In this document: positions 1 to 12,175 of the stretch, piece by piece | Numbering within the stretch: the stretch's first letter is position 1 | How the letters are laid out: the number at the start of each line of letters is the position of its first letter | Source: Heteronotia binoei | Taxonomy: Eukaryota | NCBI RefSeq assembly: GCF_032191835.1 | Contig: NC_083229.1 | Location: forward strand, 30,070,001 to 30,134,000 | DNA length: 64,000 nucleotides | Direction: 5' to 3' | Made by a program: the position numbers and the translations under genes | Notes under the pieces: generated by a model | What the model was told of the DNA's origin: nothing | The model's input: the letters and a program-made list of their open reading frames with translations, nothing else | The model's database searches: none

Positions 1-1080
1 GCCAGCTGTGCTACGACCCCCTGTGAATAGAAGGCGTAACAGCCAATGCAGAGCCCTGAGAAGAGGCCCATGGGAAAACCTGGCCCTGGGAGGCATGAGC
101 CCATGCTCCGAGACCGCCCGGGAAGCTGGGAGACCCGACCCCACCCCCTGGACCCAAAATAGCCGAGGAGCAAGAAGGACCCAGCATGCTTGGGTAAACC
201 AAACCACCCCAGGGCCACCCACTACTATTACCTTGGTTGCCACACTTACCGTCCAAGTCCTCTACATTGACCGCAAGCACAACTGGAGCTGGAACCCACC
301 CCCGGCACAGAGGGGCCTGCCTCATCGGGGGCAATGCCCTCCCCTTCTGATTCAGAATCCTTATCCTCAGGGTCCGGTTGGCCATATCCTGCAAAGAAGA
401 GAGACGAGCCAGAACTTCCTGTTCAAATGCCCTGGTAGAAGACCTAGCCACCTTGCGTCCTTTGGTTAAACCCGATGCAGCATGGTCCAAACCATACTAT
501 TTCTCTGAACCGAACCGAGAGGGGAACCGAACTGAGAGGGGAACCGCTCAGTTAATACAGCCGGTAGCTCAGTGGGTGCCTCACGACGAGCCGGCAACAG
601 GGAATCAATCCGATCCAACAGCGACGGATCAGGGAAACCCGAGAACGGCCGGTAGCTCGGGGAAGGCCCAGCGTGAATGACGCAGGAGCCGAGAGGAGCG
701 TTGGAAAAACGCTCCTTCTCCAACGACGGCCTGGACGATCTGCGCCACAGGAGGCGCGTCCGGGCTTAAAAAGCCCCAGACCACGCTCCCTGAGTTTCCC
801 GGATGGGCAAGGGCTGTTTGCCTCGACTCCATCCGAGGAGGCAAAGACGGCCCCCGCAACCTTGGACTGCTTTTCTGGAACCCCTGACTCTGGACTTGCT
901 TCCCGGAACTTCTTGACCCTAAAGTCGACTTTGGTAAGCTTGCTCTCTGTACTTTGGTTATTCTCTGCAACCTGGCCTCTGACATGACTTGCTGAACCCC
1001 CGCCCTTGTCTTCTGAGGAAGCTGCACCAGTACCATTACTAATAGGTGGATCTGTAACTGGTTGATAGATTGCACCCAAA
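1..1080 (-). mobile_element. Probable DIRS/Ngaro-like (tyrosine recombinase) retrotransposon 5' region with degenerate gag-like ORF; runs off the window start
   Basis: GC- and CpG-rich block ending abruptly near 1080. Minus ORF 11..490 has a basic motif, then EVLARLSSLQDMA (coiled-coil-like) and GWPWGG, resembling N-termini of squamate DIRS/Ngaro gag ORFs as I recall them. No RT or YR motif in the window. Confidence 0.4.
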
Positions 1081-1128
1081 GAATTGTTTCTTAATGATTC
1101 CTCATCATCTTGGAGACATGGATCTGTT

Positions 1129-1184
1129 ATAGAATCATATCATAGAGTTGGAAGGGACTTTGATGGTCATCTAGTCCAACCCCC
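1129..1184 (-). mobile_element. CR1 LINE 3' tip
   Basis: atagaatcatatcatagagttggaagggactttgatggtcatctagtccaacccc is the reverse complement of the CR1 3' end with its ATTCTATG-type tail. Confidence 0.8.
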
Positions 1185-1419
1185 AGTTTCCTTCTTTAAA
1201 GGCACTCTAACTAATTGTAAGCCAGAACAATGTTAGATTCCTACCTGCGTTATTGAAAAAGAAAGGGGGGGGGGACTAGGCAAGTTATGTGACCTGATCA
1301 TGTGCAAAATGACAATAAGCCCACATGAATTTTATGCTTGTCTAAGACAGACATCTATTTTGTGCATGCTCCTATGAATGATGGCCATCACTTTTAGATT
1401 ACATTTCCTACCTGCCTAT

Positions 1420-1610
1420 CTACCTACCATGACTTTATCCCCAATGGGGAATCAAAGCAGCTTGCATGTCTCTCCTCCCATTTTTATCCTCACAACAATC
1501 CTGTGAAGTACATTAAGCTAAGAGTATATGATGGGGCCAAAGTCAGCCAGCAAGTTTATATGGCAGATTAGGGATTTGAACCTGGGTCTCTCAGATTTTA
1601 GCTCAGCAAG
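1420..1610 (-). mobile_element. MIR/Ther1-like tRNA SINE (Squam3-like), degraded
   Basis: atcctcacaacaatcctgtgaagta core and reversed B-box gggatttgaacc. Confidence 0.65.
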
Positions 1611-1892
1611 GAAAACAAAAGTAGGTCATCCACCAATGTTCAGTGAATAAAACGGTTTTTAGTTGGCAACCAGAAGAGAGGAACACTAGCGTACTATATG
1701 ACTGTACGTGGAGAATTTAAAAGACAAAGTGGGAATCTGAAAGGCATATTCCCAATTGCTACCTATTTAACCTCAGAAGGCAGAGGGACCTGTTTTGTTC
1801 AACATCTTTATAAAATGAATCCTCAACTGATTTTTTGAGTATCCACTTTAAAAAGAGACATGAATGTTTTTGAAAATCATGGACATCTTTCA

Positions 1893-3001
1893 AAATTATT
1901 TAGATGAAGCAGTAGAGGGAATAATTACATTTTCAGGTGATACTACATTGGGAGGGATCAAATATACGGTAGAAGAAAGGGCGATCTTGACAGGCTGGAA
2001 AACATGGCTAGAGCAAATAAAATGAATATATACAGGGACAAATGCAACGTTCTGCATTTAAGTAGGAAAAATCAAATGCATAATTATAGGATAGAGAAGA
2101 CTTGTCTTGGCAGTAATCTATGTGCAAAGTATCTAGGGGTCTTAGTGGACCGTACACTGAACATGAGTCAGCAGTGTGATGCAGTAGCTAAAAAGGCCAA
2201 TGCAATTTTGGGCTGTGTCAACAGAAGTATAGCGTCCAGATCACACAAAGTGATGGTATTGCTTTACTCTGCTCTTGTTAGAACTCCCCTAGAGCATTGT
2301 GCTCAGTTTTGGGCACCACAATTTAAGAAGACTATAGACAAGCTGGAACAAGTCCAGAAGAGGGCAATGAAGATGGTGAGGGGTCTGAGGATAAGGTTGA
2401 ATGAGTTCAGAGATGAGGCGACTGAGAGGTGATGCGATCACCATCTTCTAGTACTTGGGTGGTGCAGAGTTGTTTTCTGTTGCCCTGGATGGTTGGACCA
2501 GAACAAATGGGTTGAAATTAAATCAGGAGAGCTTTTGGCTAAACATTAGGAAGAACTTTCTGACAGAGTGGTTCCTCAGTGAAATAGGCTTCCTTGAGAG
2601 GTGGTGGGCTCTCCTTCTTTGGAAATTTTTACACAGAGGCTAGATGGCCATCTGCCAGCAATGTTGATTCTGTGAATTTAGGCAGATAATGAGAAAGAAG
2701 GCAGGAAGGATTACATTAGTGCTTAGTTCTCATGGCCCTTTCCTACACACCCTGGTCTACACCCTGGTCCTACACACCATGCTGATCACCACTTTGGGGT
2801 CAGACAGCAATTTTCTCCAGGCGAGTTTGGCCAGGGATCTTGGAGAGTGGATTTTTTTTTTTTTACCATCTTCTGAAAATAAAGCAGAGGTCATTGTGTG
2901 TGTGTCTGGGGGGCGGGGGGAAGGTATTTGTGAATTTACTGAATTGTGCAGGGGATTGGAATAGATGACCCTAGAGGTCCTTTCCAAATCTATGATTCTA
3001 C
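1893..3001 (+). mobile_element. CR1 LINE, 5'-truncated (RT C-terminus plus long 3' UTR)
   Basis: ORF 2004..2432 (KCNVLHL, LGVLVD, MSQQCDAVAKKANAILGC, LYSALVR, QFWAPQFKK) is typical CR1 ORF2; ends in ctatgattcta. Confidence 0.92.
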
Positions 3002-3014
3002 ATTCTTTTCCTCT

Positions 3015-3439
3015 CCCCACAACAGGGGCTTTGTGAGGCAGGTGGAGCTGAGAGGGTTTTAAGAGAACTGGGCCTGGCCCAAGGTTAGCCAGCAGGCTTC
3101 ATGTGGAGGAGTAGGGAATCAAACCTGGTTCTCCAGATTAGAGTCCACCAGTTTGGTGTAGTGGTTAAGTGCTCAGACTCTTATCTGGGAGAACCGGGAT
3201 TGATTCCCCACTCCCCCACTTGCACCTGCTGGAATGGCCTTGGGTCAGTCATAGCTCTGGCAGAGGTTGTCCTTGAAAGGCCAGCTGCTGTGAGAGTCCT
3301 CTCAGCCCCACACACCTCACAGGGTGTCTGTTGTGGGGAAAGGAAGATAAAGGAGATTGTGAGCCTCTCTGAGACACTGAGATTCAGAGTGGAGGGAGGG
3401 ATATAAATCCAATATCTTCCTCTTCTTAACCACGACACC
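3015..3439 (-). mobile_element. Squam3-like SINE (minus) interrupted near its head by a second copy
   Basis: Body 3015-3147 ends at gagtccacc; the remaining head tcttaaccacgacacc resumes at about 3424-3439. Confidence 0.7.
3148..3424 (+). mobile_element. Full-length Squam3-like tRNA SINE
   Basis: A-box tggtgtagtgg, B-box-like gattgattccc, core cacctcacagggtgtctgttgtgggg, tail gggatataaatcc plus tcttc repeats. Confidence 0.85.
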
Positions 3440-5130
3440 TGTGGCAAGGGTGCTGATGTGCCACTAGGCCTTTGTTGGTTCCTTCCTATCAGTGATGAAG
3501 GAGGCAGTGGGCATTGTCTCCCAGGCCTGTGCTTCTGAGTGGATTCAGGCAGAACCTGAAGGATTGCTTCCAGTCTCCACTGATTTGGAGGAGGCTATGC
3601 CTGTTGCTGTCATCTCCTGGAAATGCACCACTACAGGCCAGGACAGAGCTGAGGCCTTGCAGACTTGGCTTGCTCCCTGCCTCCAGATGTTTACCTTGCT
3701 TGGGATAATAAAATACCCTGAACCAGCCTTTCTGCTAATACCGTCTTCTCTTTTGAACAGTATATATCATGTATGTACGCAGTGAGGAATAGCCTTGTGT
3801 TGCAGCTTTGCGCAGAATTAGACAACTTGTATGGTTTATAGCCTTAGGAATTGCTTGCTTTCTCCAGTGTGTGTGTGAGTATAAACACAAGTTAAGTTTG
3901 TGCATAGATGTATGTGTATTTATAATTTGACTGCCTTCTCTCTTTCTCAATTAGAAAGTCAATATATGAGAAATTGGTGCAAGATCAGCAATAGTAAATT
4001 ACTGAAATTTCACTGTACACAGGAGAGACTGAGAGTTGTGTAATTAAAAATGAAGAATTGTCAGTGGTAAAGCTCAACTGAAATAATAGCATGCATAATT
4101 TTAACAGCTAATATTAAATGACAGCAATGGCTGAATGTTTGTAACATGAACATCCTTTCCTATATTAGAGAAAGGGACAGTTCCCAGTGTTAATGGTGAA
4201 CAAATAATGAATAAAGCCGTTAACTTGTTTCATTCTTTAGCTGGATCTGACTCGCCATTTGCTCATTCATTAAACAGGGCTTGTAAGGGAACATACATAG
4301 GACAGTGGGATATAGAGGCAAGTTGTTCTGTTCATCTAATCTTTGCAGTGACATTGATAATTCTAGATCTAAAAATGTGAATTTGGGGGGGGGGGTGTTC
4401 CTCCCTCTATAACGATGCTGCTTGGCATCAGATGACAGTGAATTCCTGCCCAGGCTCCCTCCACGGAGTGGCAGGAGAAAATGGGGTCGGAAATGTCACC
4501 AGTTTGGATGACTGTCTAGGAATTATTTACCATAAAGTCTGGGAAATTCCTAAAGTGTCATGCAGTGTGGTAACTTCCATTCTGTCTGTTCCTTTGGAAA
4601 TGGTATGATCATGGTTTGTGCTCTCCACATGCCCCACCCCCCACAAATCTCCAAGGATTGCTGGCACAGGCCTGGCAACCCTCAATGCATTTAGTTTTAG
4701 ATCACCAGTGTAATGTGGTTGTTAGATGTAAGACTAAGGGCAGGGAGGTCCATATTCAAATCCCTGTTAATCAGGGAGCTTACTGAGAGGGGCTATGATT
4801 TGGTGGAAGAGCATATGTTTGGAATGCAGAAGGTCCCGTAGCCAATCCATGACAGTAGGTGATGTGAAAGATCTCTCCCTGAGACCCTGAAGATTCTGGT
4901 GTTCAGATTAATAAGAAGTTATTTTGGTCCAGTTCCTTATTCTCAGCCTGATTTACTTCTCAAGGTTGTGAGGATAAAATGGGTGATGATGACAGACTAT
5001 AGAAACTGATGAGCTTAATCCTGGTTTTGAATTTTGGCTTGAGGAGGGGGAAAAGGGGGGGCACCTAGATGCCCACATTCACATTCAGTGAGAAATTGCA
5101 GTTAGACTAATGGGGGCTCTGTCAGGAAAT

Positions 5131-5310
5131 CAGGACTTTTTTTGTAGCAGGAACTCCTTTGCATATTAGACTACACCCCCCCCCCCGATGTAGCCAATCC
5201 TCCAAGATCTTACAGGGCTCTTCTTACAGGGCCTACGGTAAGCTCTTTGAGGATTGGCTGCATCAGGGGGTGTAGCTTAATATGCAAAGAAGTTCCTGCT
5301 ACAAAAAAAG
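5131..5310. mobile_element. Palindromic hAT-type MITE
   Basis: Long inverted arms ctttttttgtagcaggaactcctttgcatatt / aatatgcaaagaagttcctgctacaaaaaaag; possible TSD caggaaat/cagaaaat. Confidence 0.8.
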
Positions 5311-7305
5311 CAGAAAATCTTCAGTCAGGGAGAAGGATGAAGGCAAGGCACCATTAGCAAGGGTTGTGCTTGTCTTAGATAGATAGATGTTTTATGTGGA
5401 AATATCACTGTATGTTTTTGTCCTGGTATAGATGCTGAATAGTAGACTTGATTACATGGAGAATGCCATGCCAAAATAGTGGACTGGACCTGGCCAGCTT
5501 TTTCACTGTCTCACTCAATTCCCCCCCTCAATACAGCCCGCACCTCAAATGACTTTTGTGCATATTGGTCCCTTACTCCCCTGATCCCTAGCATAGCTCT
5601 GTGGTCAAAGGGAATTCTCCCTTTGTTTTTCAACAATAGAAATCCTTCTTGGATCCAGTCCAGTGTGGGTGTAAAGTAGATTTCTTCTCCAACATGTAGC
5701 TTTCCACATTTTATTTTATTTTTAGGTTTTGCAGTTGAGGCTTTAATGTGCATTCCTTCATTTACTAAGGTTATGAATGCTGCTCTGACATCAACTGGCC
5801 CCTGGCCCCAAATCTTTCGGGGTTCTTCTTTTTACTCAATCTGGCATTGGGTTAAGAAATGCTTATTTAAAGGAATCATTTAAAACATTCCAAAATGATA
5901 GATCCTTATCATGGGAGATTGAATTCTCCATGATAACCAGCTAAACTAAATGGTTTTAAAGGAAAATGTTTCTGCTTCTTTCTTGTTTGTCACAACGCTT
6001 TGCTGCAGCCCTTTTGTGTGTGTTTTTGCTGCTTGACTGGGTATAATGCTGCAAGGAGTTTTTAACAGAGGAGCGATTTAATTTTTTTAAAAATATATAA
6101 ATTCCGAACACATAGTGTTTGCACATGAGTGCGGGCTTACATCTCCAAAGATGTAACATGGAAATCAGTTGTTAAGCGTTCCGGTTCTTTAGGAAGAATC
6201 GGAACACTTACTTAGCGTGGGCGATGATTAAACTTATTTCATGTTGAAGCTGGCATTTCATCAGGGAGCATAAGGCATTATTTTAGTTCTATAAATAAAG
6301 ATGGCACACATGTTGAAAGCACAGAAGGGAAAGTACAACAGTTATTTTGGTCTACTTGCTCTCAAATAAAGTGTTGGCTGTGAAATTCGGAGGCTATCTT
6401 TTGATGGTCTGAATCTACTTACATAGGTCTGAGCCTTATAATGTCTGAGTGAGCCTACTTACATATATAGTCTTAGTTTCTCCTACATATGAACATCCAC
6501 AATCCCCTATTCACCTCCGTTAAATGAACCTGCCCTGGCACTTCCTATGGAGGGGGGGGGGCGGAGTGAATGCCACAAAGGAGAGGGAACTACCAATCAT
6601 GGGGAAATAAGTTAAGGTTTATGAAATGTAGTTTCTTAATTGAACAGTAGAGAGACAGCCATTCAAATGCAGGGGTGGCTCTTAATATAGAAGTTGCAAT
6701 TAAGGGAAACAGGGAGAAGGAAAGAAACAAAGCTTTGCACAATCTTATTTAGCATCATCACTTTTTATTTCCGCTTCAGTTCACTTCTTCCATATGTCTG
6801 CATCTAATCTGAAAGATATATTGTTTAGATAGTTGGCGGATTGAAATTTTTCCAGACAACAGTCTGGAAATGAAAGACAAACAGGAAAAAAAAAGAAATC
6901 TTAACTTTTGAAATCTTAACTTTTGTCTTTAAATTATTTACACCCATCCCCCTGCGATTGAATTTTTTAAAAAAAAAATCTTTCCCCATCACTGTTAATA
7001 ACAAACCAATCAATGGTAGCAGATTGAGGTCAACTGAGAGAGGTGGCCAATTGTGTAGTTTCATATTCAGTAAACAGTTACCAAGGTGGCTTGTGGAAGT
7101 GAGAAGCATTCACAGGCAATTTGCAATCATTTTTTAAGAAGGGCGTGGCCTGATGGTTTGCTTTTCACTTATCTCCTCCATAAACAATGGGAAAGGGAGG
7201 GGGAAGGGAAACATTCCGAACATAAAAAAGAAATCAGAACAATTCTTAGGGTTTGTAGAATCTTTTGGGCTCAAGTGCCGTGTTCTACTGGAGAAGGTTT
7301 TTCTT

Positions 7306-7346
7306 CCAGACGTTTCGTTCTCGGCTGCGGAGAACATCCTCAGTGG
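7306..7346 (-). ncRNA. Minimal type I hammerhead ribozyme motif (PLE pLTR)
   Basis: Minus strand: cca CTGAGGA t gttctc cgcagcc gagaac GAAA c GTC tgg. Confidence 0.85.
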
Positions 7347-8515
7347 CATTGCAGCCGGAGCAGGTGCTCTGACCTTCTTGGCTGCTTTGCATTGAGTGAG
7401 GCCAGGGCTGCTGGAGAGCTGCTATTTCTAGGCTGGAGGGGGTGTGGTGAAAGGGCAATAGGTTTGTGGATGTGCCCATTGTTTGGTGGGGCTTCCTGGA
7501 AGGATAGTGATAAGGAAATTGGCTGTTGAATGTGACCATTGTTCTGTGTTAATTGCTGGGAGGGTTGGAAGGGGTGTGAAGAAAAGGAAGATGGTTGTTG
7601 ACTGTGCTGATTGTTCTGTGGAATGTGCTGGTTGTTCTGTGAATTTCTGCAATTTATAGTAAGTAGGGTGTTTTGCAGAGCTGGATACCAAGATTGGTGG
7701 ATGGAAATGCCTTCTTCCTTTCTGTTAAAGTTGTGCTGGTGTTTGTAAATCTCAATAGCTTCTCTGTTCAGGCGGGTATGATAATGTGAGGCCGTAGAAA
7801 GGACTTCAGTTCTTTCAAAGTGGATGACGTGGTCTTCTTCTTGAAGTGCATGTTCAGCTACAGCTGATTTTTCTGGCTGAAACAAGCGACAGTGTCTCTT
7901 GTGTTCGGTGAGGCGGGTGTTGATACTGCGTTGGGAAGTGCAATTTAGACTGCACCACAGGAGCAGGATATTTTGTAGACTCCAGGGGTTGAAAGTGGAT
8001 CTCTCATATCTTTGGCCGAGCGCAGCAAGTGGTGGATCTGTTGTGTGGGTTTGAAGACTGTGTCAACATTGTGGTGTTTGAGAATTTTGCCAATGCGGTC
8101 GGTGACAGATTTTATGTAGGGCAGGAAGGCTGTACCTACATTTGTGTGTAGCTTGGGATTTGGTGTGGATGGTCTCTTGGGATGGAAGGCTCTTCTAATT
8201 TCTTGTAGGGAGTATCCCTGTATTCAGGAAACCCACACACACCGACCGCTATCTAAATAAGAATTCCAATCATCATCCTTGCCAAAAACGTACAGTTGTA
8301 AAAACCCTCATCCACCGAGCATCACGCATCTGTGAACCAAGCCAACTCCAGTAGGAACTACACCACCTCAAACAGTCACTGCAGGCCAATGGATACTCCC
8401 TACAAGAAATTAGAAGAGCCCTCCATCCCAAGAAACCATCCAGCAACCCTGGCCTCACTCAATGCACAGCAGCCAAGCAGCCAAGAAGGTCAGAGCGCCT
8501 GCTCCGGCTGCAACG

Positions 8516-8556
8516 CCACTGAGGATGTTCTCCGCAGCCGAGAACGAAACGTCTGG
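8516..8556 (+). ncRNA. Minimal type I hammerhead ribozyme motif (PLE pLTR), sense to CSMD3
   Basis: cca CTGAGGA t gttctc cgcagcc gagaac GAAA c GTC tgg; intact core, 6-bp helix II, palindromic ACGT helix III. Confidence 0.85.
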
Positions 8557-8944
8557 AAGAAAAACTATCTCCAGTAGAACACGGCACTTGAGCCCAAAAG
8601 ATTCTACAAACCCTAATGATGTTATCAGCCGTGAAAACCTGAAATCTTTGATACAGAACAATTCTGTTAACATAACTAAATAAAATTCTCTCAGGCTTAT
8701 GAATATAACAACTGTTTATACTTGCAGACTGCTGTATTATTTCTCTATATTGCTCTATTCAGTAGCTCCCTTCCACAGATGGGGCTGGTTATCAGATGCA
8801 CCTTCCCCCAATATTCTTTAGTTTTCTGAGTACTATGTGAATGGTGGTTTTAAACTTTAAAACTGTCACACAGAATCTGTCTCAATTTGCAATCCCTATG
8901 GTCAGCTGAGAATAAGGTTTTGATTATCATTTCTGAAGATCTTC

Positions 8945-9195
8945 CAAGTTTCAGCATAGCACCTGGTGCTTCTCCTCCAAGTTTCAAAAAGATTGGACCA
9001 GAATGTCCAGTTCTATGAGCCCCAAAAGAAGGTGCCCCCATCCCCCATTATTTCCAGTGGAGGAAAGGTATTTTAAAGTAACACAGACCCTTTAAATTGA
9101 TTGCCATAACGTCCTTCACAGTTCAGTCATGCTTGTCACACCCAGGCTCCTGGCTCCACCCCCAAAGCCCTCAGATACTTCCTAAGTTGGACCTA
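8945..9195 (-). mobile_element. Fragment of the TAGGGTTGCCA hAT MITE family
   Basis: Reverse-complement match to the 14805 copy (gagccccaaaagaaggtgcccc, ggctccacccccaaag). Confidence 0.7.
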
Positions 9196-9579
9196 GTATT
9201 GCATGAAATCCCCCATCCCCCTCCAAAAAAGCCTGCATATGTTCTGCAAGTGACAAAGTATTTTGTTTATGTATTTATTTAAAATAACATCTAACATCTG
9301 AATATGCCCTTTCATTTAGAAATCTCAGTATGCACATGACTTTTCTAGTGACATTTTAAAATAACATATTTTATTAAATATGCATTCTAACAGACACACT
9401 GTTAAAGTAATGTGGAGGGGGGACTGGGTTTGAACAACTTGGCACCAATAAATGGCCAGATGTAGCCACATTTAAAATTGCAGGAGCTCGCCCAGACTTT
9501 TCTGATACCTTATCAAGAGAAGAACTTATATGAAAGTTCTGGTGCCAGGCAGCTTCCTACGTTCCTAAGGGGTCTTCCT

Positions 9580-9780
9580 TAGGATTGGCATCTCTGGATT
9601 GGAAAATACCTGGAGATTTGGGGGATTGGAGCCTGGGGAGGGGAGGGGCCTTAGCAAGGGTATATTGCCATTGAGTCCACCCTCCAAAGCAGCCATTCTT
9701 TTCCAGGGGAGCAGATCCCTGAGGTCTGAAATTCAGTTGCAGTTCTGGGAGATCTCCAGACCCCATCTGGACAACCCTTG
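9580..9780. mobile_element. Short hAT-like MITE (gagtccaccctccaaagcagccat family)
   Basis: Shares internal sequence with copies at about 11685-11833, 49900-50160 and 63084-63317; degraded tagggttgcc-like ends. Confidence 0.6.
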
Positions 9781-9859
9781 TCTTCCTCCTTTGCCACTCT
9801 GATCCAGTTCTCAGGAAGTCAATAGCCTTCAGGTAGATGAAAAATGTGCTGGGAAAGGA

Positions 9860-10100
9860 GGAGAAGGAGAAGAGATTCACTCAGAGTTTCAGAGCGGCTT
9901 ACAATCTCCTCTCCCTTCCTCACCCTGCGATACCCTGTGAGGTAGGTGGGGCTGAGAGAACTACTCTTGAGAGAGCAGCTCTTTCAAGAACTGTGACTAA
10001 CCCAAGGTCACCCAGCTGTTGGCATGTGGAGGAGTGGGGAATCAAACCTGCTTCTCCCAGAGTGGAGTCCGCACACTTAGCCACTACCCCCAAACTGGCT
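9860..10100 (-). mobile_element. Squam3-like SINE
   Basis: Reverse-complement similarity to 3148-3424, head ccactacccccaaactggct. Confidence 0.8.
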
Positions 10101-10630
10101 CTGTGGGTACTCCTTTACTTGATCCTTTTTATTGTGTATTATATCTTTGCAGAGATTCTAATCACAGGGCCTACTAACACATGCCACCTTCCATTTTCCA
10201 TGAAAGCATACCTTTTAAAGGGGGCTATGGCTCACAGGTAGAACATCTGGTTTGTACACAGAAGGTGCCAGTTGCAGTCACCAGCATCTCCACTTGAAAA
10301 AATCAAGTTAATGATAAAGACCCGAATCCCCAACAAAGATGATCATGACATTGTAGGCCTGCAATCTGACTCAGTGTTAGGAAGCTTCATGTATTTTCTT
10401 ATTTATTCATTTAGATTTGTGTACTCTTCTTTTCCCCCCAGCAGTGACCCAAAGCAATTTACGGCATCATTTTCCTGTCTTCTAATTTATTTTCACAATA
10501 ATTACCCTGTGAAGTAAGTTAGGCTGAAAGCAAGTGATCAGCCCAGCATCCGCCAGAAAACTTCCATGAGAGAGCAGGGACTGAAAGCTGAGTCTTCCTT
10601 ATCCCTATTGAACACTCTAAGAACTATACC

Positions 10631-10809
10631 CAGGGCCAGCCCTGCCACTAGGCAAACTTGTTGACTGCCTACTGGGGGTGCTGAACTGGACCTTCTGAGG
10701 GTGCTGAACTGGACACCCCCCATGTAATTTGGTGATGTTATCAGTGCATGGAAGGGGGTACCAGAAGTTAGCCTTGCCTAGGGTACCAGACAGTCTATGA
10801 CCGGCCCTG
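10631..10809. mobile_element. hAT MITE with CAGGGCC TIRs
   Basis: cagggccag...ccggccctg; 8-bp TSD actatacc/actacacc. Confidence 0.75.
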
Positions 10810-10827
10810 ACTACACCCCAAAATCTC

Positions 10828-10998
10828 CAGGGGTGGAATTCTAGCAGGAGTTCCTTTGCATATTAGACCACACACCCCTGATGTAGCCAATCCTCCATGA
10901 GCTTACAAGGTTCTTTTTTGTAAGCTCTTGGAGGATTGGCTACATCAGGGCTGTGTGGCCTAATATGCAAAGGAGCTCTTGCTAGAATTCCACCCCTG
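10828..10998. mobile_element. Palindromic hAT MITE (CAGGGGTGGAATTCTAGCAGG)
   Basis: Long inverted arms; flanks aaaatctc/acagtctc (6/8). Confidence 0.85.
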
Positions 10999-12003
10999 AC
11001 AGTCTCTAACTTTATCCTGCTATCTTTCAGATCAGATGAGAGATGTGTGCATTACGTTATGCATGCCCAAGAACAAAATGTACTCACCAAACTTTTAAGT
11101 GGAAGTACTGTTTGAGAAAGACCAGAAGCTCTAGTCTGGAAGTCCTTTAACAACAACAACAACAAAAAGGTTAAAAGAACAGCTGTATTTCCAGATCCCA
11201 AATATACACGTTAGAAATTAATTGGTATTCCTTCTAACCTTAATGCTAGCCCAAGCAAATACTTTCTCTGTTTATAGATTGTGTCCAAAATTATAAGTCT
11301 GAGAGAGGTTTAATTTGAATGACTTTAATATTTACAAAAAGAGGAAGGTCCTCCCCCCACCCCCTTTGCTAATTAAATGTTTGCAGAACGTTTGCCCATC
11401 TCTGCTAAGAAGCAATCTCGGAAGGATATTTTACTCTAAGTTTTCCCTCAAAACTCCTATTGACATTAACAAGAGTTCTTCATGTGGAACGAGAAAGGAA
11501 TAAGAAATGCAAAATATGCAGGAGACTTTCTACGAGAGATTTGGCTGCAGAGTTTTCCTACTGCATCATCAAAGATTTGTACATTTGTGACTTTCATTTG
11601 AAAAGTTTAGTGAGAAGAGCCTGCTTTGGTCAAAAATAAACAATGGATATGCTAATTTTCTAAAGCCTTTAAGATAATATAATCTTGAGGTGGGGAGGGA
11701 CCTCAGCAGGGTGTTATGCCATAGAGTCCATCCTCAGAAGCAGACTTTTTTTTCCCCCAGGGGAGCTAATTATCATCTGGAGATCAATTGTGATAGCAGG
11801 AAGTCTCCAAGTGCCACCTGAAGGTTGGCAACCCTATGTGGCAGGTTTTTTTAAAAAATCACATGTGGCTTCTGAGCCACTGATATCATCAACCTAGACA
11901 ATACACATAAAATCTACCCAAATCTATACTACCTACTACCTAAATGCTATGTAAAAGACTACCTAAATACTACCTAAAAATCTACCCAAATACCTATTGT
12001 TGC

Positions 12004-12175
12004 CAGGGGTGGAATTCTAGCAGGAGCTCTTTTGCCTATTAGGCCACACACCCCTGATGTAGCCAATCCTCCAAGAGCTTACAAAAAAGAGCCTTGTAAA
12101 CTCTTGGGAGGATTGGCTATATCAGGGGTGTGTGGCCTAATCTGCAAAGGAGCTCCTACTAGAATTCCACCCCTG
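12004..12175. mobile_element. Palindromic hAT MITE
   Basis: caggggtggaattctag...ctagaattccacccctg with perfect 8-bp TSD attgttgc. Confidence 0.92.

Larger units (their letters stand above)
7247..8653. mobile_element. Penelope-like element (PLE), inverted two-arm structure with a pLTR at each end
   Basis: Minus arm encodes RT C-terminus and a broken GIY-YIG (GVYKISCSCGAV*I; SAVAEH..REAIEI..NFNRKEEG, ORF 7340..7885). Plus arm 8221-8653 reads [16 protein letters not shown] then the pLTR. 12-bp TSD cagaacaattct at 7235-7246 and 8654-8665. Confidence 0.92.

Noticed and set aside
7428-7691. Gln/Asn-rich ORF segment
   Set aside because: Low-complexity region between the PLE endonuclease and pLTR, not a host gene.
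11890-11998. A/C-rich ctacc(c/t)aaat repeats as a second NUMT
   Set aside because: No mitochondrial gene motif; looks like degenerate low-complexity repeat.
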